DNA of 64,000 nt. It comes from Chrysomallon squamiferum (taxonomy: Eukaryota; Animalia; Mollusca). Location of the stretch: positions 12,276,001 to 12,340,000 of the forward strand of contig CM022672.1 in NCBI GenBank assembly GCA_012295275.1, in the 5' to 3' direction. Made by a program: the position numbers and the translations under genes. Of the stretch, positions 10,541 through 24,398 are shown piece after piece (position 1 is the first letter of the stretch; each line of letters opens with the position of its first letter). Under the pieces are notes generated by a model. That model saw only the letters and a list, made by a program, of their open reading frames with translations. It was not told the origin of the DNA and did no database searches.

Positions 10541-13500
10541 TTTTATTTATTTATTTATTTATTTATTATATATTTTACCTACTTTTGTCAAATATTAAGA
10601 ATGGTTAAATGATAGAATTAAATTATAAACATAGATGTTAATCGACAAAATATGTTGTGAGATAATATTTTGATTTTACGGCTTACGCTAATTTAGTAAT
10701 TGTTACTCTGTTGTGTGCAGTAAATGAGTAATCATGTATTTATTTATTTATTTATTTTTATTTTTATTATACAAAAGTAAATTTTATATTTATTATTACT
10801 ATCACATCAGTAATGACGAAGACATTTCCATCAGGCTGATCAGCTGTCATTCGACTCATTCAGTCATTGTCAATGATTTATGTCTCTTTATTAGCTTATA
10901 TAATACATTAATAGTCCGTGAACTAATTGCTCGGTTTATCTTACGTGTGTAAATTAAATTAACTAAAGACTAATATTCGCAACTAAAATTAGTTAATAAC
11001 AGTTAATAACTTAAGGTTTAAACCATTACGTAACACTAACACTTTAAGTTTAACGGGATTCCTGGTTTATACAGAAATGTTTCTTTATTTGGACAGATGT
11101 TTAAATTAAAAATTAATATTTATTTAAAATTGAGCCTAATATATATAATACTAGATCGATAGATTCTTGTTTTGGTTGTTTGAACATATATGACTATGTA
11201 ATGTATAATTTGCAGTATATATTCTGCTTTTATGTCAATGGAGGCTGGAAAATTTATCTGCTAATATACTTTTCGTATTGTAAATCATAATAGGTATATA
11301 ATTACAAGTATATTCATTACTGTTTTGTTTTAAAGAAGGACCAGTGTTAATTGCATACTGAATATAAATAAAATTTTATACATGCTTTTTTTGTTGTTAT
11401 TATTTTGATTTCATTTTTAATTTAATTTTATTTACTTTGTCAGTGATAATTTTTTTGTTTTTGTTAAGGAAAAGGTTGACCTTTGATGACTCATCATGAT
11501 ATATGGATATGTATACTTTGAAAATGTATCACTGGATACTTCATCTAGTCGTCTTTTCTAAAATTCTGTACATTAATTTATCAAAATGTCATGTGTCAGG
11601 ATTGTCTTCTTTTTAAAAAAAAAATTACTATTGTTTTATTTTAAAATATATTTATATTTTTATAATTTTATTCATTTTGCAGGTTTTTATGGCAAACCAT
11701 GGAGTGCTGAACAAAGACGAATTCTGTTTTCATGGTAAAGTTTGGTTAAATAGGCATACAAAAATCTATATTATCATTTAACCATCTGAATACAGCAAGC
11801 CAGTAGGCAATCACAAATTTACATTTCCTTCCAATTGATGTACCTCCCTAGCCAGAGCCGATCAGGGATAAAAGGATTTAGATTATTTCAGTTTTTAATA
11901 GATTCTGATTATTTTATTATGAAAGATTTTGGAATATTGTGAAATAAATAGTTTAGCTTTTCTCCCCTCAGACTGTGGTCATTGATATACACTGATTCTT
12001 TGATAGTGAAAATATTACCAGGAAATCATGAAAATATACAAGTAATCATAGACTTGTACAGTTTTAAAGAAATTGTGAAAAATATTGTGAAAATAAGATC
12101 AAAATTTAAAAAGGGGAAGAACATTTAATATTTTTATTATACTCTTGATAAAAGGTAACCTTATTTAGATATTCACTTTTATTAAAATCCAGATTATCAA
12201 TCATAATCAGAATTTTTTTGTTTTTAAGGATGAACAAGATGAATTTATCCATCTACATGTATGCTCCAAAGGATGATTGCAAACACAGAGCCTTTTGGAG
12301 AGATCTCTATTCAGTTGAAGAAGCAGGTATGTTTAAAAAATGTATAAACAGGTATTATGTTTTCATTTACTAACTTCAGTTGGCTGCATATTCAACTGAA
12401 TAAGGGGAGCAGACTGAAATGTTGAAAGGATCAATGTTATAAAGATAAATTTTTAAAGTTCTGTTTTGTGATAAGAATGTTTATACATACATTTAATATA
12501 AATGACAATATTAAAAACATGATATCTTTTTGATTAACTTCAGAGAGTATTAGTTTCTATAATTTGGCTTAATTCTTTTTATTGTAATTAGTTAATTTTA
12601 TTTATTGCTTACAGAAAATTTGACTAGCCTCATTGATTATGCCCTTGAAGAAAACGTAACATTTGTATATGCAATCTCTCCTGGCTTGGATATGTCATTT
12701 TCCAGTCCCAAAGACATCACCTTTCTCAAAAGGAAGCTGGATCAGGTTTGTTACTCTTGTTTTTTTGTATAAAAGACTCAAATTATTCACATTTTGTTTT
12801 TACCTTATTTTTAATGTGTTTTAGAGTGAAAATAATGCCAAACAGATGAAACAGAACAGATAAATGAACTGAAAGATTTTGCTCAGTGATTGAAATGCCA
12901 TTTTAGCTTAGTTGATATGTTTTATTATTTATTTGTATGTACAGTTCACAACATCAGTTTTAGCATGCTATGCTATATTCATCAGCACAAATTAAGTTCC
13001 TTTTAAATCAGTAATTTTACGTTAGCAACATATAAATTACAAAGACACATATTAAAACAGGAGTTGGTAGAACATTTTAATTACAGAAAAAGAAAATTTA
13101 AAAGTACATCCTTTTATTTAATCTGTTAGGATGTTACTTTAATACACTTCCATATTAATATTTTACAGTTTATTTTACCATTCTTTATGCTGTTACATAG
13201 TACAGGTCTTGATCATACAATTTTATAATTAGGTTGCTACATTTGGATGTAAAGCATTTGCTCTGTTGTTTGATGACATTGATCCAGAATTAAGTGAAGC
13301 AGATAAAAGTGTGTTCCAGTCGTTTGCCTATGCCCAGGTGTCAGTTGCAAATGAACTTTATGAACATCTTGGCCAACCAAAGTGTTTATTTTGTCCAACA
13401 GGTAAATTACCTTTTGTTTAATCTATTTTCCATTTTATTGAAAATTGTAATTGATGTGAAAAAAGAAAGAAAAATTAGTTTAAATTGCTTCATTTTATAC

Positions 13501-16500
13501 ATTTTTTATATTTTTATTATTATTATTATTATTATCATTGTTTTTGGGGTTTTTTTTCCTTCACAATGATTAAATAAATAAAAGAGCGTGCTGTGGATAT
13601 GTTTTTTGGAAAGTCTAATTTCAGTTGGGTTTTTTAAATTTGCAAGTAAATCTGACATTTGTTATAGAATTAAATACATGAAAATATAATTTAAAATTTT
13701 TGTCTGTGAATAAAACATTTCATTTATGTTGTGAATAAAAAATATAAATTTTTATGTCATTTTCTGTAAACCTCACAACCCCCCAGTATACTGAGAATAT
13801 TATTACATTATTTTTGTAGTTTTGTTTAAAAAAAAATGTTAATGAAAATAATTTTTTTCTCTCTCTCATTTTTTAAATTTTATTTTAGAATATTGTGCTG
13901 CACGTGCTCAGCCAAATGTGTTATCATCAGAGTAATTTATCAACAATTGGCTCAAAATTGTTACCAGGAATAGAAGTAATGTGGACAGGTGTGTATTTAT
14001 TTTCATTACAGAATGGTTTGTTTCAGATATAAATGTCCATTTAAATTTTTTATTATTATTATTATATATATTTTTAGATTTTTAAAATTATTATTATAAT
14101 CATAATTATTATTACTGTTATTATTATTAATGTTCTATCTAACTGATTTTTCAGGACCAAAAGTTGTGAGCAAGAGAATCAGTATACAGTCACTGGAAGA
14201 AGTAACCAAGGCACTGAAAAGACCTCCTATCATTTGGGACAACCTTCATGCTAATGACTATGACCCCAGACGATTATTTTTAGGACCATATGATGGACGT
14301 TCACCAGAAATCATTCCATATATTAAAGGAGTCTTAACTAATCCTAACTGTGAATTTGAGACTAATTTTGTAGCTTGCCATACACTAGCACAGTGGTGCA
14401 AATCCAATGTTGGAGGTGTTAAAAAAGATATTATTGCAGGTAAAATCCTTTTTTTTTCTTTGGTGAACAGTATTACAGAATGTTTGTATTCTCCTAACAA
14501 ATAACAGCTCAAGAATATCATTAACTGTATTTAAATGATTCTTAGTTTTACCAAAGCATGGAATTAGTTTTAATAATCTTGAAAACAGGAAAGATAAATT
14601 TCAGTGAAGTCACTTAGAATTTTGACTGTTTTGGGTTAATTTCATTTACTTTTTTTTTTTAGTGGAAAGGCTCAGTCCTGTAGCTTCTGACATCAAACTG
14701 GAAGCTGACAGTGATTTTAGTTCCGATGAAGATATTCCTACAAAATTTGACATGCGTTACCAGCCAAAGAAAGCTTTGAAAATAGCAATAAATGAATGGC
14801 TTCATGAATTTTCTGTTATCCGCTTGCCACCCAAAACCGTCCCTGCACCAGGACTCCACCCTGTTGTAAAATCATGTACAGAAGTTACTGGAACAACAAA
14901 CAGCTTTCTGAATTCATCTAGTAATTTTGACAGCAACATGGCTGATTTAGACAATGCTTCTTTCATGCAACCTGTAATGAACCCTGTTAGCAGTCTGATA
15001 GATGTTACAGTGTCAGATTTGCCATCTACACTTCACACAGAACCAATGGAATGTGTGCCTGAATCATCTATGGACAGCCCTTCAAGTATACCTAAAAATT
15101 ATTCAACAGAAAGTCTGATGCAAGTGGAGACAACTGAGAAAGTGACAGACAGTAATGACAGCTGTGTGTGTCAGCTGACTAGAGAGGACATTCACTTGCT
15201 TGTGGACTTGTTTTACATGCCTTTTGAGCATGGCTCACGCGGCGTTGAAATGCTTCAAGATTTCACATGGTTAAGATCAAATGCTCACTGTATTCATACA
15301 AGCAAAACCAGAAAGCAAGATCAGATGGTAAGGTAGTTTTAGACGGTGTGTGTGTGTTTGACTAAAAAAAAATTTCTTTTGCTTTGTTTTTAAACAGAAT
15401 TTATGCAGAAATGTGCACAAAAAACAGTTGCACTGCTCATATTATTGATGATACCTTAGTTTGTGATTTTTAAACAATTCTTTTGTAAGGTATTTTAAAA
15501 TTTCCTTTTAAAGACTTGAAAAACATAAATTTATTAAGTTTTACTTTATATTTTGCAGTATAAAATTACGTCAGTAACAATTAGTTATTTGTTCAAATTT
15601 TATTAGGCTGTCAAGTGGTTTGAAACTGCCAAAAAGTTTGAAGAATCTGTAGATAATGTACTTCAGATGATGGGCAGACTTTTCCGAATTCCAAATAAAG
15701 CCCTCCTTAGTGATCTCTTTCCTTATATCTGGGACTTCAAAGGAGTTCTGCAGCTTTCTTGTACCTTTGTCAAGTGGATGGGTATGTTTGTGTAACATTA
15801 TAAAATTATGTTAAGCAAGAACATTATTATTTATTTTGAAATGTGTCATTAATTAAATTAAGTTGTTAAAAGATAGATAACCAAAATAACTAACTTGGGG
15901 GGTATCCAGAAGAACGATATTGTAAATTAAATCATATTAACACAGTGATTAGTTTTAAAAGCTTTTGCAGAATGTATGTTCACAGTCATGGAAGGCCATG
16001 TAAATGTTTTAAATAAGCATTGACATTGGTGTATCTTTCTATTTTAATGTTGATTTTCCATAGCAGTTTTCTGCTTATACTTGTATGCTAATGCATATCA
16101 TAATAACTTTTCATATTATTTTTTCACATATGTTTAGGCACAGAGTAGCTGTTCCATTTGGCCATGGACTGGAAAATCACAAACTAATGCTTTACTTTTT
16201 AATTGCAGGTTCAGCGCGCATTCCTTTCCACACAATGTGCCACATGAGGTCTCCTGTCACATGTAGGCATTCCTTCATATCATTTACTGATATGACACTT
16301 TGTACAGTCTTTACTGTGCCCACTAATTAATATTATTTTTGTGCAGGTGCTTTTCCAGGTGGTTTTAACCTGTATTAGTGTCCAAGAAGTCAGAGGAGTG
16401 CAGTTAAACTCTAAAATAAAATAAAAAAATTAAAAAAACTCCAGAATTTTCACTGGCTCACTTTTATAATTTATTTCTGGAAATGGAATATGTGTGGATA

Positions 16501-19500
16501 ATGGTGAGTTCAGAATGGTTCAAAACTGTTTTTAACATAGGCATTATTAGTTCACTGTAGTGTTTTTGTGATATTATATAACTCTTTTCCCAAAAATACT
16601 TTTTAAAATTATGGTTCATTAAATATTTTAAACTTAAGATCTTATAAGTGTTGAATCATGATAATGTTGTTTGTATTTAAAACAAACCCCATATTATTAT
16701 TTTTATTCCTGATGATATCTGGCTTTATTCTAAAAAGAATCAAGAAAAGAAATAGTTTTGCCATTGAGAACTCTGAAATTAAAAATAACATAATTTGGTT
16801 GTTTATCATTTAAATGAAGCTTGATCATCCACAGACATTAGATGGTAAATCAAGAAACATGTATGCATGTGTATATCTGTGTCATTCTTGAGTGGTTTTC
16901 GGATAAGTGCTGGCAATAATTTCCATACAACTTGGAAGGAGATGTGTAAAAACAAATTTAATATCTAAATATTTTATATTTTGGAAATTTAACTGTCTCC
17001 TTGTAGGTTGTGGAACCTACTGCCTTCTAGAAAGGTGATTGGTAACATGAAAATCACTCAGTTTGGATGATCATCTTTTAATTTCTAAAGTGTCAGTAAT
17101 TTGTTGGAATTTTTTTATTTTTAAATTATGTAGCCAGTTAGAATTCTGTACATTCAGGAACAGCATTCCAGTTGATAATACTAAATACAGTAAAAAGGAC
17201 ACAGCACTGAGTTAACTTTAAGGAATGAGTAGGAGTTGTGGCTGCATTCCTCTGATTATTTTGACACAATAAATTATATGTATTGGATACATAAAATGAG
17301 TGAATCACAACTCAACTTTAGTGGCTACATTTGCTGTATTTCATGCAAATTTGAAATTTAAAATATTATTTATCATTGTTACTTAACATCTCCTTTGTAG
17401 AATAGATTATTACCTGCAACAGAATAAACCGATGCCTTGTCAACATAAAAATAATCATTTAATATTTCTTAATATCTAACACAATTCCTGAGTTAGTGTT
17501 AACTATGGGATCATGTTGTTTAATGTTTTCTTCACTGGTTAAAATCTCTTGTTTTAACATCTTACTAATTATATTAGATAAATTTGTGGGCACATAATAA
17601 TGATCAGCAAATATTTTTATGACACAGATTATTTTTCATATAATTACATTTTATCAACACAACATTAGTGCTTACTCATATTTTATTTGTTTTTTTATTA
17701 CACATCAGTTTTTAAGTTTCTATGTGTATTTTGCAAGGGAGATTATTACTTCAGAATAAAAATACAAAAGTTCATTTGCAGAACTAAATTTGAGTTGAAT
17801 GATTATGCTCATCTGTTTCCCTTTTGTAAGGAATTTGTTAATGGCTTTAAGGTGCCTGTGCTGAAGTTGATTTATTTTTTTGTTAATTTGGAATAATATA
17901 TTTTTAACAAAAGATCAATTAATAAGACTGACAGGATTTATGCAGCTGTGAAATTAAGGTATCATTATCATTACTGCTAAGAGAATGAAATAATCAGAAA
18001 TTATAATTATATTTTTAAAAAAAGGAAATTTGCTTATTTCTATTGGTCTTCTTTTAAAATAAATTTTCAAGTAAAAATTTTTGGTTTATATTCAAATAAT
18101 AATAATAAAAATAATTAATATTAAGATTTGTTTAATTACTTAAATGGTATCAGAATAGGTATTTACACTTTGTCTGTATTTGTCTTAAGTACTACTTAAA
18201 ATAATAGGCGCAAATTTTTATAAATAATCTTAAAATCACATCCGTCATATCTGAATATTTTAATTAATTTCTTAGGGCCTGGTTAAATATTTTTTAAAAA
18301 CATAATGTGAATATTTTGTATAAATCCTGCTTAATACTCACGACGAGCAATTTCAGCTTTGAGGTATTTTCAAGCCATCACAAATGTCCTAATGTTAAAG
18401 GCTGTACAAAGTTTTCTGTTGGAGTGAGGTGAGCTAGAAAGAGTGATTAAAAATTAAAAATATAAAAGAAATCATTGAATATATAGCTATCATTTTAACA
18501 GTGAAGTGAAAATAATATAAATGAAGATGAGGTAAGATTTAATGTTTTATAAACAAATAAAATAATATATTTTTGGAACATTTTTTTTATATATATATAT
18601 ATTTTATTTAATTTCTGTTATTTAAATTTATTATGACTAATTTACTTTTTTCCTTTTTTTTCTTTTTTTTTTTTTTTTTTTTTTTTTTTTGTATGCATCA
18701 TTAGGGTACACATCTGCCTACAGAGAGGCTTTCATGAGTGGTGATCAAGAGCCATGGGTGTTCCGTGGGGGTCTTCAAGCCGAGTTCCAAGTATGTATAG
18801 CACACGTAGAAGGCCTCCGTTGCAACACCCATCGATACATTAAGAATAAACCTCTATACTTGTCCATTCCTGTCATTAATGCATACTTTTTGTGCTTATT
18901 GCAGCTGCCTGCTCCAGTGCCTCTATCTTTTGATCTCAAGTTTAATGACATACTTTGTTTGCAGATTCAGAAGCAGAGTATCTTTTGTATGTTTATGGTG
19001 TGACATTTGTACCTTGACCACTCAACACGATTCCTCTTGTGGCAAATTTGAAAACAAGACAATTTATTTTGAATTAAGAATTAATAAATAAACTATTAAA
19101 ATATGAGACAGTTGTGGTTTACACAATTTTAAAAAATAACAAAACAAAAAAAAAACTTTTAAAAACTTTTTATAATGATTTGCTTTTTCAATTTATTTTA
19201 ATATTTGCAATATTTTACGTCAAAATAGTTATTCTTTTGTCTTCTTCATTTATGACTTGTTTTCATCATTTTGCATTCTTTGGCTGGTTTCTCAAAGACT
19301 TTAAATTTATATTATTAATCAAAAACAACAACAACAAAAAACCAACATTAAAAAAACCCAACACTAGACTATGTAAAAAAAGAACGTAAACTTTTGGCCT
19401 AATGATAATGAAATAATTTGTCCAAACATGTATACAGTCAATAATGGAAGTAAATCTAATACATGAATTCGAAATATTGTGAAAACTTAATTTAAAATGT

Positions 19501-22500
19501 AAATGAAATAAATAATCGAAAACAAAAAGATGTTTATCTTCTTTTAAGAGATTATAAATTGAAAATTTATTTGCAACGAATGAATATACATATTTCAAAT
19601 TAAAAAATAAAACAAAAAGGACAAAATAATTAAAACAAAATTCAAAAATTGTAATGGATCAACTGATATAAATAAAACAATCAGATTTATATATTTAATA
19701 ATAGATAAAGATTTATAATAAACTAATAATTTAAAAAATACTTAGTATTATTGAAAGTTTATTTGTTGAAAACTCATTTTTTGAATGTTATAAAGTCTTA
19801 TACTTACAATTGACGTGTGTTCAGTAAAGGAAAATCGTGTTCTGTGACTGTCAAATGTACAATTGCTCCACATGTCTGCATTCATTCAAAGAGAATCTTG
19901 ATGGTTTAATGTTTTTTTCTTCCTTAATGAAGGTTTATCTAAAAAGACCATTCTTGTTTCACCTGTTCACATTTTATTTTTAAAACTCCTTTATCCTGAC
20001 ATGTAACAAAAATGACACATTTTTGAATTACCTACTTAACTGCTGAATGCATTTTTAATTTATTCAATAAGAACACCACCTTTGATTCATCATTTTCTAC
20101 TACATTTCTATTCCAAAAAGGAGTGAGTTAAAATGTTTAGCATGTTGAAACAAGACTGGTCTCTTAAAATAAACTGTTGGTACAGCTGATTCCAATAATG
20201 ATCATGTAACATTAACATGTAAACCAACAAGATACTCTAATGAGCTGACATGGTTTTTCATTTACAGAAAGCAGTGGTTTATTTACAAAAACAAATTTCC
20301 AGAAGTAAATAAATGTTGGTTTGACTTGCATTATATTTTGTTATCAGTCATGACAAAATAATATTTTTAAAACTTTTTTATTTAAATGTATATTCTCGTT
20401 ATCTAATTTAAAAAAAAAAAAATATTGCTATTTTATTTATTTTAATAGTTACTGCTTCTTGTATGCTTTATTATTGTAGCAGTGTTAGATCTAAAGAGAT
20501 CCTGCTGGCAATAGCTTTGGTGAATATTTCTGTTGCTTGTTGGCGAGAGCATTGGGTTTTTACCCCAAGGATTCTGGTTCAATTCCTCTTGGTGGAGGCT
20601 GAGTAAACATTGTAATTGTTATTACATGTACCTAAGTAAATTATAATGAAAATTCTAATTTTATGATTCATATACAAGAATTACTTGATTTTATGTTTTT
20701 AACAAAAACAAAATTGGTTGGATTGTGTGTGTGTGTGTGTGTGTGTTTCTTTATTTTTTACTGTTAATTTTAAAAAATAAAATAAAATTGTTGATACTGC
20801 AATAAAACATTCTCAAAAAATCTTAGTTTTTTACCCCACCAACATCAAATGTTATATAAATTTGTATAAATTTTCTGAATTATCAGTTAAAAGTAATTTA
20901 ATTGGAACTGATACTTTTTTCTATGTAAAACTTACTGTCTTTTTCTTATATAAAAAACCTCTTCTGTATGGATTTTTTCCCTTTTTTTTTTCTGCTGTTT
21001 TCAGAAAAATTTAAAAATTAGTTTTAAAATAATTTATAATGTTCTTTTGTCCTAACTGTGCAAGTCACCATATCCACATTTATTTTCTTCTATTTCCAAA
21101 GCAGGTGACAAGTCTAAAACTTGAGATCTTGAAGAACAGAAACACTGGGGTGGATCCAGCTATTTTTATTTATTTGTTTCTATGATGTGTTTTTCACAAT
21201 AGTTTCATTTGTAATGAGTGTAAATTTTGTCCGTAATGCTGTTTTTCTAATTAAAGTAACATGTAATTATAACTGTTTTAATTTATTTCCCAGCTGTATG
21301 GACAGAATTTACACCAGAATTTGTTTTTGAACATATATATTAATATAATAACACTGCTTGGTTGATTATTCATTTTTTTTTTTTTATATTAATTTTGTGA
21401 TTAAAATGGATTATGATGGTAATTTTTCCTTTTGTTGAACAACATTTGTGTTTGTGTTATCACAGCGAGTATTACCAATAGAAGCGGCCCAAGATTTGTT
21501 TTTCATGAAGCCTCCAGATGTAATTGCTGACAAGAAGTACAATTACAGACTTTACACTGCAAGTGATGAGGTAAGGCTATGTTAACAGTTTTTAATTAAT
21601 TTAAACTCAATTTTTCTCTTGCTTACAGATAACTGAAACAAATTCAAATTTTTAAATCTTAAAGTCATTGAAGATACATTTTATCTTTAAAAAATGAAAG
21701 TACATGTGGGCTTTTATTCATTGTTGACTGACTTTCACAGAATAACTGAGGCGAAATTGAACATTAAAAGATTCTTGCAATGTTTAAAGTTTTCCTGATT
21801 TCTGCATTTTCTTAATAATATTTCTGTAGCAACAAGTTTACCAGATTTGTCTCATGACTTGTGATGATGGCATGGATGGCACAGAAGTATTTCCTGAAAA
21901 TCCCATGCTTATTGGTGACAGGTACGATACAAGCAGTTAATAATCTGTCTGATTTTGCTTCTCATAGTTTTGTTTATTTTTTGTTTTATTGAAAATCAAA
22001 TAACAAATGAATTATAAATATTTTTTTAAATTCCAGGTCCATGATTTGATTTAGATGTATATAAATATAATATAATGTATTCGGTGTTCTGTCACTGTTT
22101 CATCCAGATTTCTTTAACAAGGATACACATACTCATAACTATATTTAAATATTTGTTTATTTTTATTTTTCTCTTCTTTTTCACAGTTGAAACTTTTTTA
22201 ATGTAGAAATATTCTATAATAATATCTAATCTGTTTTTACAGATTGATTGGTGGGCTGGTGACACTCAGTCCTGAATACTCTTTTGTTGTGGAAGATGAA
22301 GATGGTGTGTGTGGGTATGCATTAGCTGCATTGGATGCCTTGAAATTACACCAGAAGAGTGAGATTTCATGGATACCTGCAATGCGAGAGAAATATCCAA
22401 AGCCTGTGAAAGATGACATGTCACCTGCTGATGTAAGTCAATTCACAACTGGTTTTTGTAGACTTCATAGTTTAATTTTATCTAGTAGGTAACAAATATT

Positions 22501-23019
22501 TCTGCTTACATGTTGTTAAACATTCATTAATTCACAGTATAATTTAGAGGTATAAAATATTCATGTAACATTACAAAGTCAGCAATATATGTAGAGCTGC
22601 AAGCAAATGCTAGTTGCAAAATCTGTAGCAATTCATGTGGATAGTATTGAATTAAAGATTTAATTTATAAGAGAATAACAGCATCTTTTAAACCACCCAT
22701 TGTTAAATTCTGTTTTCAGGAAGTAATACTTAGTTTTCACAACGAGCAACCAACTGTTCCAGACAGCATACACAAACGGTATCCTTCAGTACTGCATTTA
22801 GATGTGTTACCAAGTAAAAGAGAGGATCTGGCTCTTTCAAAAAGACTTCTAGCCTGTGCGCTATCTGCTCTGAAAGTTAGTGGGTCCATTGGGGTACACT
22901 GTGAACTGAATGTAGGTGACAAATACATGATGGACTTTTATGCAAAATTGGGGTTCTTTCCGGTTGGTAGCCCAGACTGTGTATCAGAGGAAATTGTTTA
23001 CTGTGGACGTATAATATGA
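10443..23019 (+). CDS. OGA: Protein O-GlcNAcase (GH84 catalytic domain, stalk, pseudo-HAT domain), ~835-853 aa
   Basis: Exons 10443-10503, 11683-11734, 12229-12326, 12615-12745, 13233-13401, 13889-13988 (one extra base), 14155-14439, 14663-15327, 15607-15781, [16209-16262], 18705-18790, 21466-21570, 21830-21921, 22243-22432, 22720-23019. Motifs: [37 protein letters not shown] (catalytic Asp pair), [59 protein letters not shown]. All splice phases are consistent except exon 6. Confidence 0.97.
16209..16262 (+). CDS. OGA: 54-nt in-frame (phase 1-1) exon of OGA, possibly a cassette
   Basis: Branch-like CTAAT, pyrimidine tract and TTGCAG acceptor; donor GTAGGC. Encodes [19 protein letters not shown] and joins in frame to [17 protein letters not shown]. 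Confidence 0.65.
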
Positions 23020-24139
23020 TACATTTGGCTCATTTTAATATTGTAAATTATGCTTTAATCATAGTTGAAACCAACTCGAGTCTCGTATCTTTTGAGCTTT
23101 CGGCGTGTTTGGCACATGATAATAAACTCTGCTTCAGATTAGAGGAAACCACGTCAGTGATTACCAAAATCAGGTTTTATCTGATTGCGCAATCTAATAA
23201 CTCTGTTGAAGATGGAGTTAGATAAATATTACAATCCACCTCATAGAAATCTAACAATAAATCAATTAAAATTTTTGTTGTTCATTGAAACACTTGCCTG
23301 TGATATAGTTAATGTTTTAAAATCTAAAGAAGTACAGTGTGAAACACCTGAATTTGAATAAACCCATGTTCTGGTCACTTGCTTTTTAATCGAGGGTACC
23401 AAATTATTGCTCACTCACATGCATTACCTGTGCTTAATAAATTAATGTCCAGCAGTTCTGAAATGCTATATTATTTATACTGATGTACAATATATAAATA
23501 TATTTAAGACTGTGGCATGAAGTAAATACTGATTTATATGAAACCAAGCAAAATTTGATTCCATAGTTATTATATATTTATATTTATCTGTATTTTTGTC
23601 TCATTCTTGCAGAATATAGGATAACCCTTTTGTTTCAACTGAACTGTCAGATATCAAGGTGTTAATTTTTTTTATGACTAAATAAATATATTGACAGATA
23701 AAAGTCAGTGGGCTGATCCTAAACATTGCAAGAATGTTTTGTCTTCCTTCACATATTTTTTTTGTTAAAAGTTCATTGTACAATAAAAACCAACATCTTG
23801 TAGTCATTATTTCACTATTTGTTGTCAATCTTGTAATTGTATTAACTGAGGTCATTTTGACATAGTTTATTGTATTGATATTTAATTGGTAAATTGTCTT
23901 TCATGAGTTATTTCTGTACCAGTTTTTAATTTTGGAATAATTTTGCATCCAAGAAGTATATATCTACAAGATCTTATTCTGGGAAGCAACCAAATTCTCT
24001 AACCACTATTCTCACTGCCTCTTTATGCCTAGTATTTTGTTATTATTATTATATTTTCTGTTTCTGTATCATGTTATTACTGAAACTGTGAAATTTAAAC
24101 TTAGGAAAGAACATTTGTGCATTTTTACTCATGAAAAAA

Positions 24140-24145
24140 AATAAA
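24140..24145 (+). terminator. Candidate OGA polyadenylation signal
   Basis: AATAAA ~1.1 kb after the stop codon, followed ~20 nt later by a GT-rich tract (gttttgtgtttttgtt). AATAAA is common in this AT-rich DNA. Confidence 0.4.
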
Positions 24146-24398
24146 CTCTTGTTTACACTTCCAGTTTTGTGTTTTTGTTAAAATACTTTAGTAATCTGCA
24201 TTAAATTAAAGTAAACCAAAAATAATATTAGTAATATTATATTGTTTTAATAGTTCTTAAGCAAGCTGTGTTAAGTTTATTAATTATGACTGCAATATAT
24301 TTTTTATCAACACTAATAAAACATATTATTAAATAGATAAAAATGGTTATCCAAGAATTGTTTCATTTAACCAGAAGTTACAGATACAAGATATATGG

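Noticed and set aside
20530-20600. tRNA-like B box ggttcaattcc in an OGA intron
   Set aside because: No complete cloverleaf; more likely a decayed SINE head.
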